Counted from the first letter of the stretch, positions 25,721-36,449 are shown. The stretch: DNA of 64,000 nucleotides from an uncultured Candidatus Peribacteria bacterium (GCA_964344725.1 CAYFOI010000003.1:1520-65519); one strand, 5' to 3'. The notes: generated from the sequence alone by a model not told the origin. A program made the numbers and translations.

Positions 25721-27442
25721 CTACCACGCACCACCACCGCCGCCGCCACCACCGCCGCCGACTGAGCCTCCTGAAAATCCGCTACCTCCTCCGCCTGGGC
25801 TTGAGCTCATTGTGCTACTAATTGAAGACGAGGCGTTTTCAATGCTACTTATGAGATGTGTCATTGAGAATGCGGTTCCGGTGTCCCATGATGTAGATGA
25901 GTACCAGTCTGGAGGAGTTTTATATATGTCTTCGAACTGTTTTGCCCAGTGGTTTGTTTGTTTGAAAATCATTGCGTACGGGAGGAGCTTTTCGAAATGC
26001 TTTCTCTTTTCATGGAATTTGATGCGGTCTTTTTCTGCGGTTTCGATATACATGCGGAGACCTAGAATTTTTTCGTATAGCTTTTGTCCGTACTGTGTCT
26101 TTTTTGGCATATAATATCCGAAAACGATAGTCAAAATGCCCGATACTAGTACTGACATGCCTAAGGTGAAGCCCCATGTGATATCGGCTAAGATTGTTAG
26201 CATTGCTACTCCTATGACAGATGAGCATGATCCTGTGACAGTGTGGGTTGTTTTTGCTTTGTCGGGTCTTTTTTCGAATAGTTTTTGCTCCATTGCGGAG
26301 TCTGACATTTGTTCGAGAAGCTTTGGGATGTGTTTGTAGAATTTGTTTTTTAGGTCGGATAGTTCTTTGGTTTTTCTTTGGCCGAAAATCTTTTCCAAGA
26401 GGTCTTGTTCGAATTTTTTTAAGCTGTTTTCGTCAGATTTGTTGAGTCTGTGGAATTTGTAGTCTTTGGATTTGAAAAATGCGAGCTTTTGTTTTTCTAT
26501 TTCCTCTATTTTTATAAATCCTCTGATTGCTAAGTCGATGATTATTGCCGATATGTCGCGTATATCCGCTTTTTCATCTATGAGGATCGCGGCTTCTATT
26601 GGTGATATTTGTTGAGGTGGTTTATATTCCGGGACTACTGTGTGAACTTTTTTGTCACGTCCGTGATTTTTCCATTTTATAAAAAGAATTGTGAAGACTA
26701 TTGGTACGATTATTGCTGGCCAATGGTCTTGAATGATCCATATAATGTCTGATGGGGGGGTGGTATGTCCTAGTGGGAAGCTTACTGCGATTGTGAAGCC
26801 TTCGTATGGGCTTAACGAACCGGTTGTTTGGAAATCTACTTGGTTAGTATTTGTTTGGTTGAATGTGCAGTCTTGGTTTGTGCTCCCTGTGCTTCCTGCA
26901 TAGCATATTGCTCCTATTTCATCTTCTATTGTGAGTGAATCAGGCAAAGTTACTGTTGCTGTGGCGTTTAGGATATTGGCTTCCCAAGCTGTGCCGATTG
27001 CGTTCCAGTAGACCTCGTTGTGGTCTTCGAAATACAAGAGGCCGTTAGCTACCTCGTAGGTTATAATATAAGTTTCTGGTGCTTGAATTAGGATGTCTGC
27101 GTTACCGATTTGGTATTGTATCTCGTCTGTGGTTGTTGATTTGTAATAGTTGTGTGCGTTTCCGTCTTCATCTGTTATTGAGACGAGGCTTAGTCGAAGT
27201 TTTTCACGGTGTCCGTCTTCTTTTTCTATGTATTTTGGTATTACTCGGTAAATGCCGTGATGAGGTTCTTCAGAGAAATTTGCTGTTATAGTCTCTGTTA
27301 TGAGTAAAGTGCTGTCTTCTTGAACTTGAATGGTGGTGTCATATGAGTCGATCCACCAGCTTGCTGCCGCAATGTGGGCAGAGAGTAGAAAGTAGACTGT
27401 AAACTGTAGAATTGTTAGGAGTTTTTTCATAAGAGGGGCCAA
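25721..27442 (-). CDS. DUF2207-family membrane protein
   Basis: The architecture is typical of DUF2207. It has a signal/TM segment, a ~220-aa extracellular domain, TM segments (WPAIIVPIVFTILFI; central TM pair) and a C-terminal Ser/Gly tail ending GGGGGGGGGGAW. Its start overlaps the upstream 94-aa gene by 16 nt. Confidence 0.7.
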   Translation of the reverse strand: MAPLMKKLLTILQFTVYFLLSAHIAAASWWIDSYDTTIQVQEDSTLLITETITANFSEEPHHGIYRVIPKYIEKEDGHREKLRLSLVSITDEDGNAHNYYKSTTTDEIQYQIGNADILIQAPETYIITYEVANGLLYFEDHNEVYWNAIGTAWEANILNATATVTLPDSLTIEDEIGAICYAGSTGSTNQDCTFNQTNTNQVDFQTTGSLSPYEGFTIAVSFPLGHTTPPSDIIWIIQDHWPAIIVPIVFTILFIKWKNHGRDKKVHTVVPEYKPPQQISPIEAAILIDEKADIRDISAIIIDLAIRGFIKIEEIEKQKLAFFKSKDYKFHRLNKSDENSLKKFEQDLLEKIFGQRKTKELSDLKNKFYKHIPKLLEQMSDSAMEQKLFEKRPDKAKTTHTVTGSCSSVIGVAMLTILADITWGFTLGMSVLVSGILTIVFGYYMPKKTQYGQKLYEKILGLRMYIETAEKDRIKFHEKRKHFEKLLPYAMIFKQTNHWAKQFEDIYKTPPDWYSSTSWDTGTAFSMTHLISSIENASSSISSTMSSSPGGGGSGFSGGSVGGGGGGGGGGAW

Positions 27443-27711
27443 ACTATTTCATAAAAAACAAAGAGTATTGGTATCGTCGCAACAGCTCCAATTAGTGCTA
27501 CTATTAGCGAGTATTTATGTTCAATACTAATCAGTCCTATGACGCTGAAACACAATGCTGGTATCCAAATGTAAGACATGTTTACCAGATCGGTTTCTGA
27601 ATAACTGTCGAAGTCTTTGGTATATGTGAGGATTAGGAATAATCCTGTTGCTATAAATATTAGCGTGTATAGCGGTTTTAGTAGGGGATTTTCTTCATTA
27701 TGTTGGTCCAT
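27427..27711 (-). CDS. Small integral membrane protein (94 aa, about 3 TM segments)
   Basis: Hydrophobic segments LYTLIFIATGLFLILTY, IWIPALCFSVIGLISI and LIVALIGAVATIPILFVFY. It lies downstream of the V-ATPase operon. Confidence 0.5.
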   Translation of the reverse strand: MDQHNEENPLLKPLYTLIFIATGLFLILTYTKDFDSYSETDLVNMSYIWIPALCFSVIGLISIEHKYSLIVALIGAVATIPILFVFYEIVWPLL

Positions 27712-27780
27712 TTTTTGTTTTGTGGAAATAAGCAGTTATAAGGATACTGCTTATTAGAGGATTTGTGAAATATTCACTTT

Positions 27781-28398
27781 TTATGCGACTTTGCTCTTGA
27801 TCATCATGACGCCTACGATTGCGCTTCTTTCGCCTTCTTCGAGCTTCATTGAGATAAATTTGATTGTCTCTTTGAGGCTTGGGATTCGGTTGTGTTCTAG
27901 AGCGTTTACACGGCGGCGTGTTTTCTCGGTCTCTTCTGCGAGTCTTTCAGCTTGTTTCTCGATTTGTGCGAGTTTGATTAGGTCTGGAAGGACTTCTTGA
28001 AAAGCTTTCAGCGAACTGTCTAATTCGCTTGATGTTTGGTTGAATCCGTATGAGAGGATATTCCCGTCTAATTTCTGTTTAAAGAAAGGAATATGGACGC
28101 TCATCACGTTCTTTGTAGCGACATCGAGACTTAGGTTGGCTGAATTGAATGTCAAAGCGCTTTCGAGCATCTTTGGCATTGTTTTCGCAGAGCCAAAAAG
28201 GAAGCTTTTGAAAGCTTTTTCGAGTTTTTCTTCAATATCTCGGCGTAGCGTCTTTGCTTCACGGATAATCTCCATGAATTGTTGCATAAGGCCGTCTTGT
28301 TTGTCTTTTAGGAGCTTGTGACCGCGTACAGCCGCCTTGAGCTGTATCTTCAGCTTCAGGAGCTCCATTCTAGTTGGTTTGACGTCTAGTTTTGCCAT
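27781..28398 (-). CDS. ntpD: V-type ATPase subunit D
   Basis: N-terminus KPTRMELLKLKIQLKAAVRGHKLLKDKQD and the C-terminal ETEKTRRRVNALE motif. It is the last gene of the operon. Confidence 0.85.
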   Translation of the reverse strand: MAKLDVKPTRMELLKLKIQLKAAVRGHKLLKDKQDGLMQQFMEIIREAKTLRRDIEEKLEKAFKSFLFGSAKTMPKMLESALTFNSANLSLDVATKNVMSVHIPFFKQKLDGNILSYGFNQTSSELDSSLKAFQEVLPDLIKLAQIEKQAERLAEETEKTRRRVNALEHNRIPSLKETIKFISMKLEEGERSAIVGVMMIKSKVA

Positions 28399-28436
28399 AA
28401 TTTTTTAGAGTTTTAGAATTCTAGAATTCTAGATCT

Positions 28437-29843
28437 TTATTCTTGTTCTGCTTCTTTTTCTTCAGTATCACCACCTTTGCCGTCCATGTATTTCGCGATA
28501 TGTTCTTCTTTGACACGTTTCAACTCTGTCTTAGGTAGGACCTTTAGGAGTTCCCATCCGATTGAAAGAGTATCTTCGATGCTTCTATCTTCATATTCAC
28601 CTTGTGCGATGAATTTTGCTTCGAAGTTGTTAGCAAATTCCAAGAATTTCTTATCGACTTCTTGAAGAGCGGCTTCACCTAGGATAATAGCAAGGTCACG
28701 GACCTCAACTCCACGGGCATACGCTGCATAAAGTTGTGCAAACATACCTTCGTGGTCCTCACGTGTGACTTTACGAGCTGTAGGAGCAAGACGTGAAAGT
28801 GAAGGAAGTACGTTGATACAAGGATAGATACCTTTCCTGTGGTGTTCACGAGAAAGTACGATCTGTCCCTCTGTAATATAACCTGTAAGATCAGGAATTG
28901 GGTGAGTAATATCGTCTTCCGGCATAGTTAGGATAGGGATCTGCGTGATAGATCCTTTACGTCCTTTAATTCGACCAGCTCTTTCGTAAAGTGTAGCAAG
29001 GTCTGTATACAGATAACCTGGATAACCACGTCGTCCCGGAACCTCTTTACGAGCTGCAGATACCTCACGTAGAGCCTCACAATAGTTTGTAAGATCGGTA
29101 AGCACCACGAGTACGTGCATATCTTTCTCGTAAGCTAGGTACTCAGCTGTTGTAAGTGCCATACGTGGTGTCGCGATACGTTCTACTACAGGATTGTCAG
29201 CTGTATTGATAAAAAGAACAGCTCTTTCAATAGCTCCAGTCTTTTTGAACTCGTTTGTAAAGTATTCAGCTTCTTCAAATGTAACACCCATCGCTGCGAA
29301 CACTACCGCAAAGTCTCCACTTCCTTCTGAGCGTACTTTTGCCTGACGAGCGATTTGTGCAGCAATTTGAGCGTGTGGAAGACCTGCTCCTGAGAACACA
29401 GGAAGTTTTTGTCCACGTACAAGCGTGTTTAGACAGTCAATTGTTGAAATTCCTGTTTGGATGAAGTCGTTTGGATAGTCACGAGAATAAGGATTCAAAG
29501 GAGCACCGTTGATATCTAACTTTTTTTCTGGGATGATGTCGGCTCCACCGTCAATTGGGTTGCCTTTACCATCGAAGACGCGTCCTAGCATCTCTTCTGA
29601 GACTGGAAGTTCTAGAGTTTTGCCTAGGAATCTAGCTTTTGCTCCCTCTGTTCCGACACCTTGTGTGTTCTCGAACATCTGGACCATAGCCATTCCCTTG
29701 TTGGCTTCAAGAACTTTACCGAGACGAGTTTCTCCTGACGGGAGCGTGATCTCACAAAGCTCTTCGTACTTGATGTCATCAACTCCTTCTACCATGACCA
29801 GCGGTCCGGCGATGGAGGTAATGGTTTGATATTCTTTTTGCAT
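28437..29843 (-). CDS. ntpB: V-type ATPase subunit B
   Basis: Motifs [59 protein letters not shown] and [31 protein letters not shown]. Confidence 0.95.
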   Translation of the reverse strand: MQKEYQTITSIAGPLVMVEGVDDIKYEELCEITLPSGETRLGKVLEANKGMAMVQMFENTQGVGTEGAKARFLGKTLELPVSEEMLGRVFDGKGNPIDGGADIIPEKKLDINGAPLNPYSRDYPNDFIQTGISTIDCLNTLVRGQKLPVFSGAGLPHAQIAAQIARQAKVRSEGSGDFAVVFAAMGVTFEEAEYFTNEFKKTGAIERAVLFINTADNPVVERIATPRMALTTAEYLAYEKDMHVLVVLTDLTNYCEALREVSAARKEVPGRRGYPGYLYTDLATLYERAGRIKGRKGSITQIPILTMPEDDITHPIPDLTGYITEGQIVLSREHHRKGIYPCINVLPSLSRLAPTARKVTREDHEGMFAQLYAAYARGVEVRDLAIILGEAALQEVDKKFLEFANNFEAKFIAQGEYEDRSIEDTLSIGWELLKVLPKTELKRVKEEHIAKYMDGKGGDTEEKEAEQE

Positions 29844-29893
29844 TATTTATAGGATTATAGGATTTTAGGATTGGAGGATTATAGCGATGGAGC

Positions 29894-31678
29894 TTATGCT
29901 TCTGTCTCCATCTTCGCAGCTAGGGTGCTGATGTCTTTCTTGATTTTATCTATGAGTTTTTCGTACTCTTCTAGTTTGTCGGCTGAGATCTCTTTACATT
30001 TTGTTACCTCTTGCAAGACAGGCAAATTCAGAAGTTTTTCGATTTCGAATCCTTCTTGGCTAACAAGCGGCAATGCCTCTTGGTAGACCGCTAGGATTGT
30101 TTTTAGCATCCAGTACTGTTTTTGCAGAGAAGTGTAAGCATCTTCTGGGTCGAAAGCGTTTTGGAATAGGAAGTCTTCACGGATTGATTTTGCAGACTCT
30201 AGGATTAATCTTTCTTTAGCTGAAAGCGCATCCATACCCACAAGTTTTACGATCTCTTCGAGCTTGGATTCTTCTTGTAGAAGGCTCATTCCAAGACCAC
30301 GTACCTCCATGTAATCTTCTGCAATCTCTTTCTTTGCGTATCCTCCGATGTTATCTAGGTAAAGTGAGTAACTGTTTAGCCAGTTGATAGCTGGGAAGTG
30401 ACGTCTATAAGCAAGTTTTGCGTCTAGTCCCCAGAATACTTTTGTAACACGTAGAGTGTTTTGAGTAACAGGCTCAGAAAGGTCTCCACCAGGAGGCGAA
30501 ACCGCTCCGATAGCTGTAAGAGATCCGATCCTGTCATCAGATCCGAGACAGTCAACGATACCAGCTCTTTCATAGAACTCAGCTGTACGAGAACCTAAGT
30601 AAGCTGGATAACCTTCCTCACCAGGCATCTCTTCAAGACGTCCTGACATCTCACGAAGAGCCTCAGCCCAACGTGATGTTGAATCCGCCATAAGAGCTAC
30701 GTTGTAACCCATATCACGGTAATACTCAGCGATTGTGATACCTGTGTAGATAGAAGCTTCACGAGCCGCTACCGGCATGTTAGATGTGTTTGCGATAAGA
30801 ATTGTACGTTTCATGAGTGGCTCACCCGTGTTTGGATCTTCTAGGTGAGGAAACTCCATAAGTACGTCTGTCATCTCGTTACCACGTTCTCCGCAACCGA
30901 TATATACGATGATTTGTGCGTCACAGTATTTCGCAAGTGATTGCTGTGTAACTGTTTTTCCAGCTCCGAAAGGTCCAGGAATACATCCTGCTCCACCTTT
31001 CATGATAGGGAAGAGTGTATCCAAGATTCTTGTACCTGTGATAAGTGGAACGTTAGGAACTCTTTTGCTAGCTGAAGGTCTTGGTTTACGAATAGACCAT
31101 TTTTGGACCATTGTTAACTCGTGTTTTTCCCCTTTCTCATCTTCAACAACTGCGATTACTTCTTCTACAGTGTGATCTCCAGATTTAATATCGGTGACTT
31201 TGCCGCTAGCGATAGTAGGTGGAACCATGATTTTGTGGCGGATCAAGTTTGTTTCTTGAACTTCACCCAAGACGTCTCCTGCGACTACGTTTTCTCCGTT
31301 TCCTACTGTTGGTTCAAAATTCCATTTCTTTTTGCGATCTAGTGCTGGTACCTCGATTCCACGTGCGATGAAAGCTCCTGATTCTCCTTCGATCAATGGA
31401 AGTGGTCTTTGTATACCGTCATAAATAGATTCTAGAAGTCCAGGGCCGAGTTCAACCGACATAGTTGTTCCAGTTTGGGATACAGGTTCTCCTGGTCCAA
31501 CGCCTGAAGTTTCTTCGTAAACCTGGATAGAAACGTTATCTCCATTGATTTCGATAACCTCTCCAATCAGACCTTTGTCCGATACACGCATAACCTCGTA
31601 CATTTTTGCTTCAGGGAGTCCTTTGGCTACTACGAGAGGTCCTGCGACCTTAACGATTGTTCCTTTTTGTTCTGACAT
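29894..31678 (-). CDS. ntpA: V-type ATPase catalytic subunit A
   Basis: Walker A motif GPFGAGKTV, plus [34 protein letters not shown] and the non-homologous insert typical of A subunits. Confidence 0.95.
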   Translation of the reverse strand: MSEQKGTIVKVAGPLVVAKGLPEAKMYEVMRVSDKGLIGEVIEINGDNVSIQVYEETSGVGPGEPVSQTGTTMSVELGPGLLESIYDGIQRPLPLIEGESGAFIARGIEVPALDRKKKWNFEPTVGNGENVVAGDVLGEVQETNLIRHKIMVPPTIASGKVTDIKSGDHTVEEVIAVVEDEKGEKHELTMVQKWSIRKPRPSASKRVPNVPLITGTRILDTLFPIMKGGAGCIPGPFGAGKTVTQQSLAKYCDAQIIVYIGCGERGNEMTDVLMEFPHLEDPNTGEPLMKRTILIANTSNMPVAAREASIYTGITIAEYYRDMGYNVALMADSTSRWAEALREMSGRLEEMPGEEGYPAYLGSRTAEFYERAGIVDCLGSDDRIGSLTAIGAVSPPGGDLSEPVTQNTLRVTKVFWGLDAKLAYRRHFPAINWLNSYSLYLDNIGGYAKKEIAEDYMEVRGLGMSLLQEESKLEEIVKLVGMDALSAKERLILESAKSIREDFLFQNAFDPEDAYTSLQKQYWMLKTILAVYQEALPLVSQEGFEIEKLLNLPVLQEVTKCKEISADKLEEYEKLIDKIKKDISTLAAKMETEA

Positions 31679-31746
31679 AGTGTTTAGTGATTAGTATGTT
31701 AGTAGATTAGTTGATTAGAATTTTAGAGTTTTAGAATTCTAGAACT

Positions 31747-32100
31747 CTACTTGTCTCCGAGGATGTCTGATCCGACCGCTTGTTCTACGATTTTACTTAT
31801 TCTCTTAAGTCCGAATCCTGTTGTGCCTTTTGGTCCAGGGATTGGGATTATTGCTGGCAAAGCTGCTGCTGAAAGTTTTTTATAGTCATCTGCAGGTATG
31901 TCCATCGCTAGGTCTTCTATGATGAATATGATTGCGTACATCGGTTTTTCATTTCCCTCTTCTCCGATGGTTTTTTTTGCGAGTGATTGTAAAGCTTCTA
32001 ATGCTTGTTCTTTGTTTAGGGCGCTGTGAGCTTCTAATCCTAGAGCTTTGAAACCTAGGACTGCGTCTTTTGGGCCGATGATTGCTATTTTATGTTGCAT
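31747..32100 (-). CDS. V-type ATPase subunit F
   Basis: 117 aa with the motif KIAIIGPKDAVLGFKALGLEA. Its position between the C and A subunit genes fits. Confidence 0.75.
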   Translation of the reverse strand: MQHKIAIIGPKDAVLGFKALGLEAHSALNKEQALEALQSLAKKTIGEEGNEKPMYAIIFIIEDLAMDIPADDYKKLSAAALPAIIPIPGPKGTTGFGLKRISKIVEQAVGSDILGDK

Positions 32101-32193
32101 ATAGGGTATAGGTTTGTAGGGTGTAGGGTAGTAGTGATGGAGCGCTTCGCGCGGATAGTATTTTTGGCCTGTGTACCTTTCAGGTGCGGCCTG

Positions 32194-33231
32194 TTAATTT
32201 ACGTATGAATGTGGGAGTTCTTTTCTGATCATTTCTTCGTCTAAGGTGTTGAGTTTGCCGACCATTATCATTCTTATGATTTGTGCATTTAGTTCTTTTA
32301 GCCACCAGTAATTGAGAAGTGGTTCGATTCCGAATGGCAAAAATCGCGAGTCGTTAATCATTTTTACTAGGTCGTTTTGAAGGAGTCTTTCGAGCTTGCG
32401 GAAAGATCCGGTCTCTTTGTAATGTTCTAGCCCTTTGGCGATTGATTTTGAATATGGGCAGAAGCTGAATACGTTTATGATTGTATCCCAGTCTTCTTTC
32501 AGATTGTCTCGGTATTTGTCGTGTCTGATTGTGCCTCCGATTGTTAGGGCTCTTTTTAGAACGGTTTCTGGATCCAAATCTTGTGCTTTGCTCCTTACGA
32601 AAGCCATAATGTTATGGATATCTGTCTTAGCCTTCATAAATTGTTTCAGAAATTTTGATCCTATTTCTTTTGCTATTTTTTGACGTACTTTTAGGAAAGC
32701 ACGATCGATGTGTAAATCTACTAATGTTAGGTTCTCAGTTTCTTCATAAAGCTCTTTGCCGCGGCGAACAGCTCTTTGTAGGCGAGGTTTCTCGTCACCT
32801 TTCATTCGGAGTTGGATGACCTCATCTGAGAAAATAAATTCAGCTAATGCCGAAGGTTTGATTTTCCCCCAAGGTATAATTAGATCTTTTACGTCTTCGT
32901 AAGTTTGTCCTGTTAATTTTGCTTTCAGAAGGGTTTTGGTGTTGTGTGCGTCGTATTTGTACCATGCCATGTTCAGGACCCATCTTTCCGGGGTGATGCT
33001 TCGCAATAATTCTCTTGTATCTGAAAGTCCGGCATCAATTACCTCTTGGAAATCTTCTACTTTGTCGATATCTCCTATGTGGGTTGAGTACTCGGTGTCG
33101 TTGAGAATCCTGTACGCTTCTTTTGCATCCTTTGCGCCGAGCATTCTTTCGATGTCGTTGTGATCCAAGAGTTGGTTGGAAAGGACTTGGATCAATGTGA
33201 CTGCGTATATGTAATCGTCGTTTTTTATCAT
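32194..33231 (-). CDS. ntpC: V-type ATPase subunit C (homolog of eukaryotic subunit d)
   Basis: 345 aa and helical, with N-terminus DDYIYAVTLIQVLSNQLL...AYRILNDTEY. Its operon position between E and F fits. Confidence 0.75.
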   Translation of the reverse strand: MIKNDDYIYAVTLIQVLSNQLLDHNDIERMLGAKDAKEAYRILNDTEYSTHIGDIDKVEDFQEVIDAGLSDTRELLRSITPERWVLNMAWYKYDAHNTKTLLKAKLTGQTYEDVKDLIIPWGKIKPSALAEFIFSDEVIQLRMKGDEKPRLQRAVRRGKELYEETENLTLVDLHIDRAFLKVRQKIAKEIGSKFLKQFMKAKTDIHNIMAFVRSKAQDLDPETVLKRALTIGGTIRHDKYRDNLKEDWDTIINVFSFCPYSKSIAKGLEHYKETGSFRKLERLLQNDLVKMINDSRFLPFGIEPLLNYWWLKELNAQIIRMIMVGKLNTLDEEMIRKELPHSYVN

Positions 33232-33274
33232 GATGTTTTAGCTTGTTGGCTTTTTAGCTAGTTAGCTTGTTAGG

Positions 33275-33829
33275 TTAAAATAAGATGTTTGCGACCTTTG
33301 TTTCTAGTTCATCGCGAAGTTGTTTTTCGATTATTGAGTCAAAAGTGAAGTCGTATTCAACTTTACCAGCTTTTAGCACGAATCCTCCTTGGAAGGCCCC
33401 TTCGCTACCTAGAGTGTATTCAGTACCTTTTATTACTTCTTCTGTTTCGGATTTTTTGCCTTTTGCTGGGATTATCTCACCTGTTTTCGAGTGCTTCTCG
33501 GCTTTTTCTAAGGAAGTTTTTAGGTATTTTTTATAATCTGGGGATGAAGTCAGTTCTGCCAAAGTGTCGACGAATACGCTGTTTAGGATTTCACGTTTTT
33601 TTGCTAGGACGCGTTTTCTTTTCTCTGTGTTTGCTAGCATTTCTGCACGAGCTTCGACTCGATCTATTGCTTCGCCTGCTTTTTTCTCGATATTGGTTAC
33701 AGCTTCTTCGCGTTTCTCTTTGTATTCGGCTTTAATGCGTTTTAGTTCTTCTGCGAGTTTTTTCTCGAGTTCTTTGATTTTCTTATCACCTATTTGTTCG
33801 ATTTCTTTGATTAAGTCTTTTAGGGACAT
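33275..33829 (-). CDS. ntpE: V-type ATPase subunit E (peripheral stalk)
   Basis: 184 aa with a long N-terminal charged coiled coil (KELEKKLAEELKRIKAEYKEKREEA) and a globular C-terminus (GGFVLKAGKVEYDFTFDSI). Confidence 0.75.
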   Translation of the reverse strand: MSLKDLIKEIEQIGDKKIKELEKKLAEELKRIKAEYKEKREEAVTNIEKKAGEAIDRVEARAEMLANTEKRKRVLAKKREILNSVFVDTLAELTSSPDYKKYLKTSLEKAEKHSKTGEIIPAKGKKSETEEVIKGTEYTLGSEGAFQGGFVLKAGKVEYDFTFDSIIEKQLRDELETKVANILF

Positions 33830-33919
33830 CTTTTTAGTAGGTTAGTAGGTTAGTAGGTTAGCTTGTTGCTGATTTGTAACCTCGCTCGAGCTTGGCTTAA
33901 GCGAGGATGAAATCAATAA

Positions 33920-34393
33920 CTATACTTGAATTCCGAAGATAAGAAGTACGCTGACTAGAAGACCTAGAACGGCGTATGTTTCTACCATCGCTGACATGAT
34001 TACCGCTTTACCTGCGTTAGCTGGGTTTTTAGCAATAACTTTCAGACCTGTAGCTGATACTTTTCCCTGGTGAATTCCCGAGAAAAGAGAAGCTAATCCA
34101 ACTGGGATACTTGCTCCAAGGAATTGAAGACCAGTTGTTGTTGAAAGCTCAGCAACTTCTCCACCAAGTAGACCGATTTGCATCAGAATAAGAAGTGCTC
34201 CAAGGAATCCGTAGATACCCTGTGTACCTGGAAGAGCTTGCATAAGTAGTATTTTACCGAATAGCTCTGGCTTTTCAGTAGTTACTCCTGCTCCAGCTTG
34301 TCCTGCGAGACCTACACCGATGCTTGATCCGATGCCTCCGCAGACAGCTGCTACTGCAGCTCCGAAGACTGCTAGTGCTAGACCTGTTTCCAT
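33920..34393 (-). CDS. ntpK: V-type ATPase proteolipid subunit K (double-hairpin c subunit, 4 TM segments)
   Basis: 157 aa, closely resembling Enterococcus hirae NtpK as I recall it. The shared motifs are ALPGTQGIYGF, FSGIHQGKVSATG and SAMVETYAVLGL. Confidence 0.9.
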   Translation of the reverse strand: METGLALAVFGAAVAAVCGGIGSSIGVGLAGQAGAGVTTEKPELFGKILLMQALPGTQGIYGFLGALLILMQIGLLGGEVAELSTTTGLQFLGASIPVGLASLFSGIHQGKVSATGLKVIAKNPANAGKAVIMSAMVETYAVLGLLVSVLLIFGIQV

Positions 34394-34475
34394 GTGTATT
34401 GGGTTAATTATTTATATATTAGTGTGTAGTACGTAATCCGTAGTCCGTAGTGGTAATCCGTAGTGTTGGTATGTC

Positions 34476-36449
34476 CTAGTCCTTCAAATGAGTATATTTG
34501 CACTCTCTCTTGAATGGTTCGAAGTCTTTTCCTCCACCTTCCATAAATTTACCGAAGAACTCTACGTATTGTAGACGAGCCGAGTGGATGAAAGCTCCAA
34601 GTGTCGATAAAGCTATGTTAAGTGTGTGACCTAGTATAATTACGATAATTCCTACGATGAAACCTACGTATGGAATTAAATCTGTCATAATTCCTGCGAT
34701 TGTATTCATGGCAAATGCGATGATGCCTGTTCCAAGCCCTAGAGCCATGATACGAGAGTAGGATAGTACGTCTGAGAAATAACCTACAACGTTGTATAGT
34801 GATAGTATGCCGAGTCCCAGCTTTCCGACAATGCTTTTTGACTTGCGTCCTTGTGTTAGTACGAGGGCTGCTGTTAGCCCAAGTGCAAGGTTCTTGGATA
34901 GTGGCGCAAATTCTTTCAGTGGCTCAAGGAATGCTGTAGCTCCTAGTCCTAGCAGGGAAATAAGGAATACAATCCATAGTAAACTATCTAATAGTGCGTC
35001 CATTACTTTTCCGTCTTTCAGTTTCCAGAGGCCGTCAACAGCGATACCAAATATTACCTGTATGATTCCAAATGCAAATGCTAATCCTAAGAATGTTAAT
35101 GCTCCAGCTCCAACAGGGTTGATCAATTGGCCTTTGAATTGAAGTACGCCATCTTTCATTTCTGTTAAGAATGCTGGTGCTTGCTCAGCAGTTAATCCGA
35201 ACCAACCACCTAGGAGTACACCTGCTATAAATGTGACAAGTCCACCCCACATCAGTACTCTTAGTAGTCCTTTGCTTTCTTCAGGGATCTTCAAGAATTT
35301 AAGCGCCACAAATGTAAGTGCGAACAGCAAGAATCCATATCCTGAATCCGATAAACATAGTCCGAAGAATATAATAAAAAATCCTGCGAGTAACGGGGTT
35401 GGATCTACCTCTGTTGGTAGAGGAAGTCCATAGATTCTTGTTACAGATTCGAACATGTTCATAAAGCCCTTGTTTCTCAGTTCGACTGGTGCTGCTTCAT
35501 CTTCTGCTGGCTCAACTTCTACGATTGCTACGCTTGGGGCTTTTTCTTTCATTTCTTCTTTTAGCTCGGCAAGTTGCTCTGCTTTTGCCCAGCCTGTTAG
35601 GACGAATGTGTATTCGGTTTCTCCTGTTAAGTCTTTTCTTTCTTCTCGTACAAATTGCCACAAGTAGTAGTCGTGGACGATCTTTAGACTGTCTATGTTT
35701 TTTGCTAGGTTTGTGAGTTCTTTTTCGATCTTCTCGAGTTCGTGAGTTAGTTTAGTTGCTTCTTTTTTGATGTCATGTAGGTATTGCTTCACGCTTCCTG
35801 GTGCTGCTTTGAGTTCGCATTCTTGTACTCTGTATTCGGAAAGCAGACCGTTAATTTGGTCTGCATCTGATAGTAAGTATATGAGTGAAAAGTAAGCTTT
35901 TGATTGATCTTCTGAGATTGTGTGAAAATCTGTCTTTAGATTTAGGTCTGACAGGGCTTTTTTGAAAGCGTCGTAATCTAGCTTACCAATAACCCCTAGA
36001 GTTAATTCAGTATGTTTGGTTGTGTGTGGAGTATCTAGGTGAACTGCTAACCCTTTCCAAGGTTCTAGCTCTTTTTCTTCCTGGTCGATTTCTGTTAGGC
36101 GGTTTTTTGTTGCTACCATCTCTTCCTCTAATTTTTGAGCTTGCTTAATGGCTTCTTCGTAGTTGAAAGTTTTTGCAATAGACTCGATGTTGTGAGCATT
36201 CAGTATAATAGGGGAAGGCAAAAGACCGTTTTTCTCGTAGTCTGATAGTAATTTGATTGCGAAATCTAGGTTTGCTAGTTTGAGTTCTAGGTCGTGGTCG
36301 TGTTTTGTTGCAGGCTTGACTCGTTCTGACATCTCGTCGCTTAACTCCTTGATCTCCATGATGTTCTTCTCTTGCAGAAACGCCATAGCTTTTTCGAGCT
36401 TCTCTCTGAGTCCTATAACCTGGATTTTTTGCATTGGTATGACTGCCAC
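34476..36449 (-). CDS. ntpI: V-type ATPase subunit I (a-subunit, stator/ion channel)
   Basis: 657 aa with an N-terminal cytoplasmic coiled-coil half and a C-terminal polytopic half containing the motif YSRIMALGLGTGIIA...HTLNIALSTLGAFIHSARLQYVEFFGKF. It has a GTG start at 36449, with an alternative ATG at 36434. Confidence 0.9.
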   Translation of the reverse strand: MAVIPMQKIQVIGLREKLEKAMAFLQEKNIMEIKELSDEMSERVKPATKHDHDLELKLANLDFAIKLLSDYEKNGLLPSPIILNAHNIESIAKTFNYEEAIKQAQKLEEEMVATKNRLTEIDQEEKELEPWKGLAVHLDTPHTTKHTELTLGVIGKLDYDAFKKALSDLNLKTDFHTISEDQSKAYFSLIYLLSDADQINGLLSEYRVQECELKAAPGSVKQYLHDIKKEATKLTHELEKIEKELTNLAKNIDSLKIVHDYYLWQFVREERKDLTGETEYTFVLTGWAKAEQLAELKEEMKEKAPSVAIVEVEPAEDEAAPVELRNKGFMNMFESVTRIYGLPLPTEVDPTPLLAGFFIIFFGLCLSDSGYGFLLFALTFVALKFLKIPEESKGLLRVLMWGGLVTFIAGVLLGGWFGLTAEQAPAFLTEMKDGVLQFKGQLINPVGAGALTFLGLAFAFGIIQVIFGIAVDGLWKLKDGKVMDALLDSLLWIVFLISLLGLGATAFLEPLKEFAPLSKNLALGLTAALVLTQGRKSKSIVGKLGLGILSLYNVVGYFSDVLSYSRIMALGLGTGIIAFAMNTIAGIMTDLIPYVGFIVGIIVIILGHTLNIALSTLGAFIHSARLQYVEFFGKFMEGGGKDFEPFKRECKYTHLKD

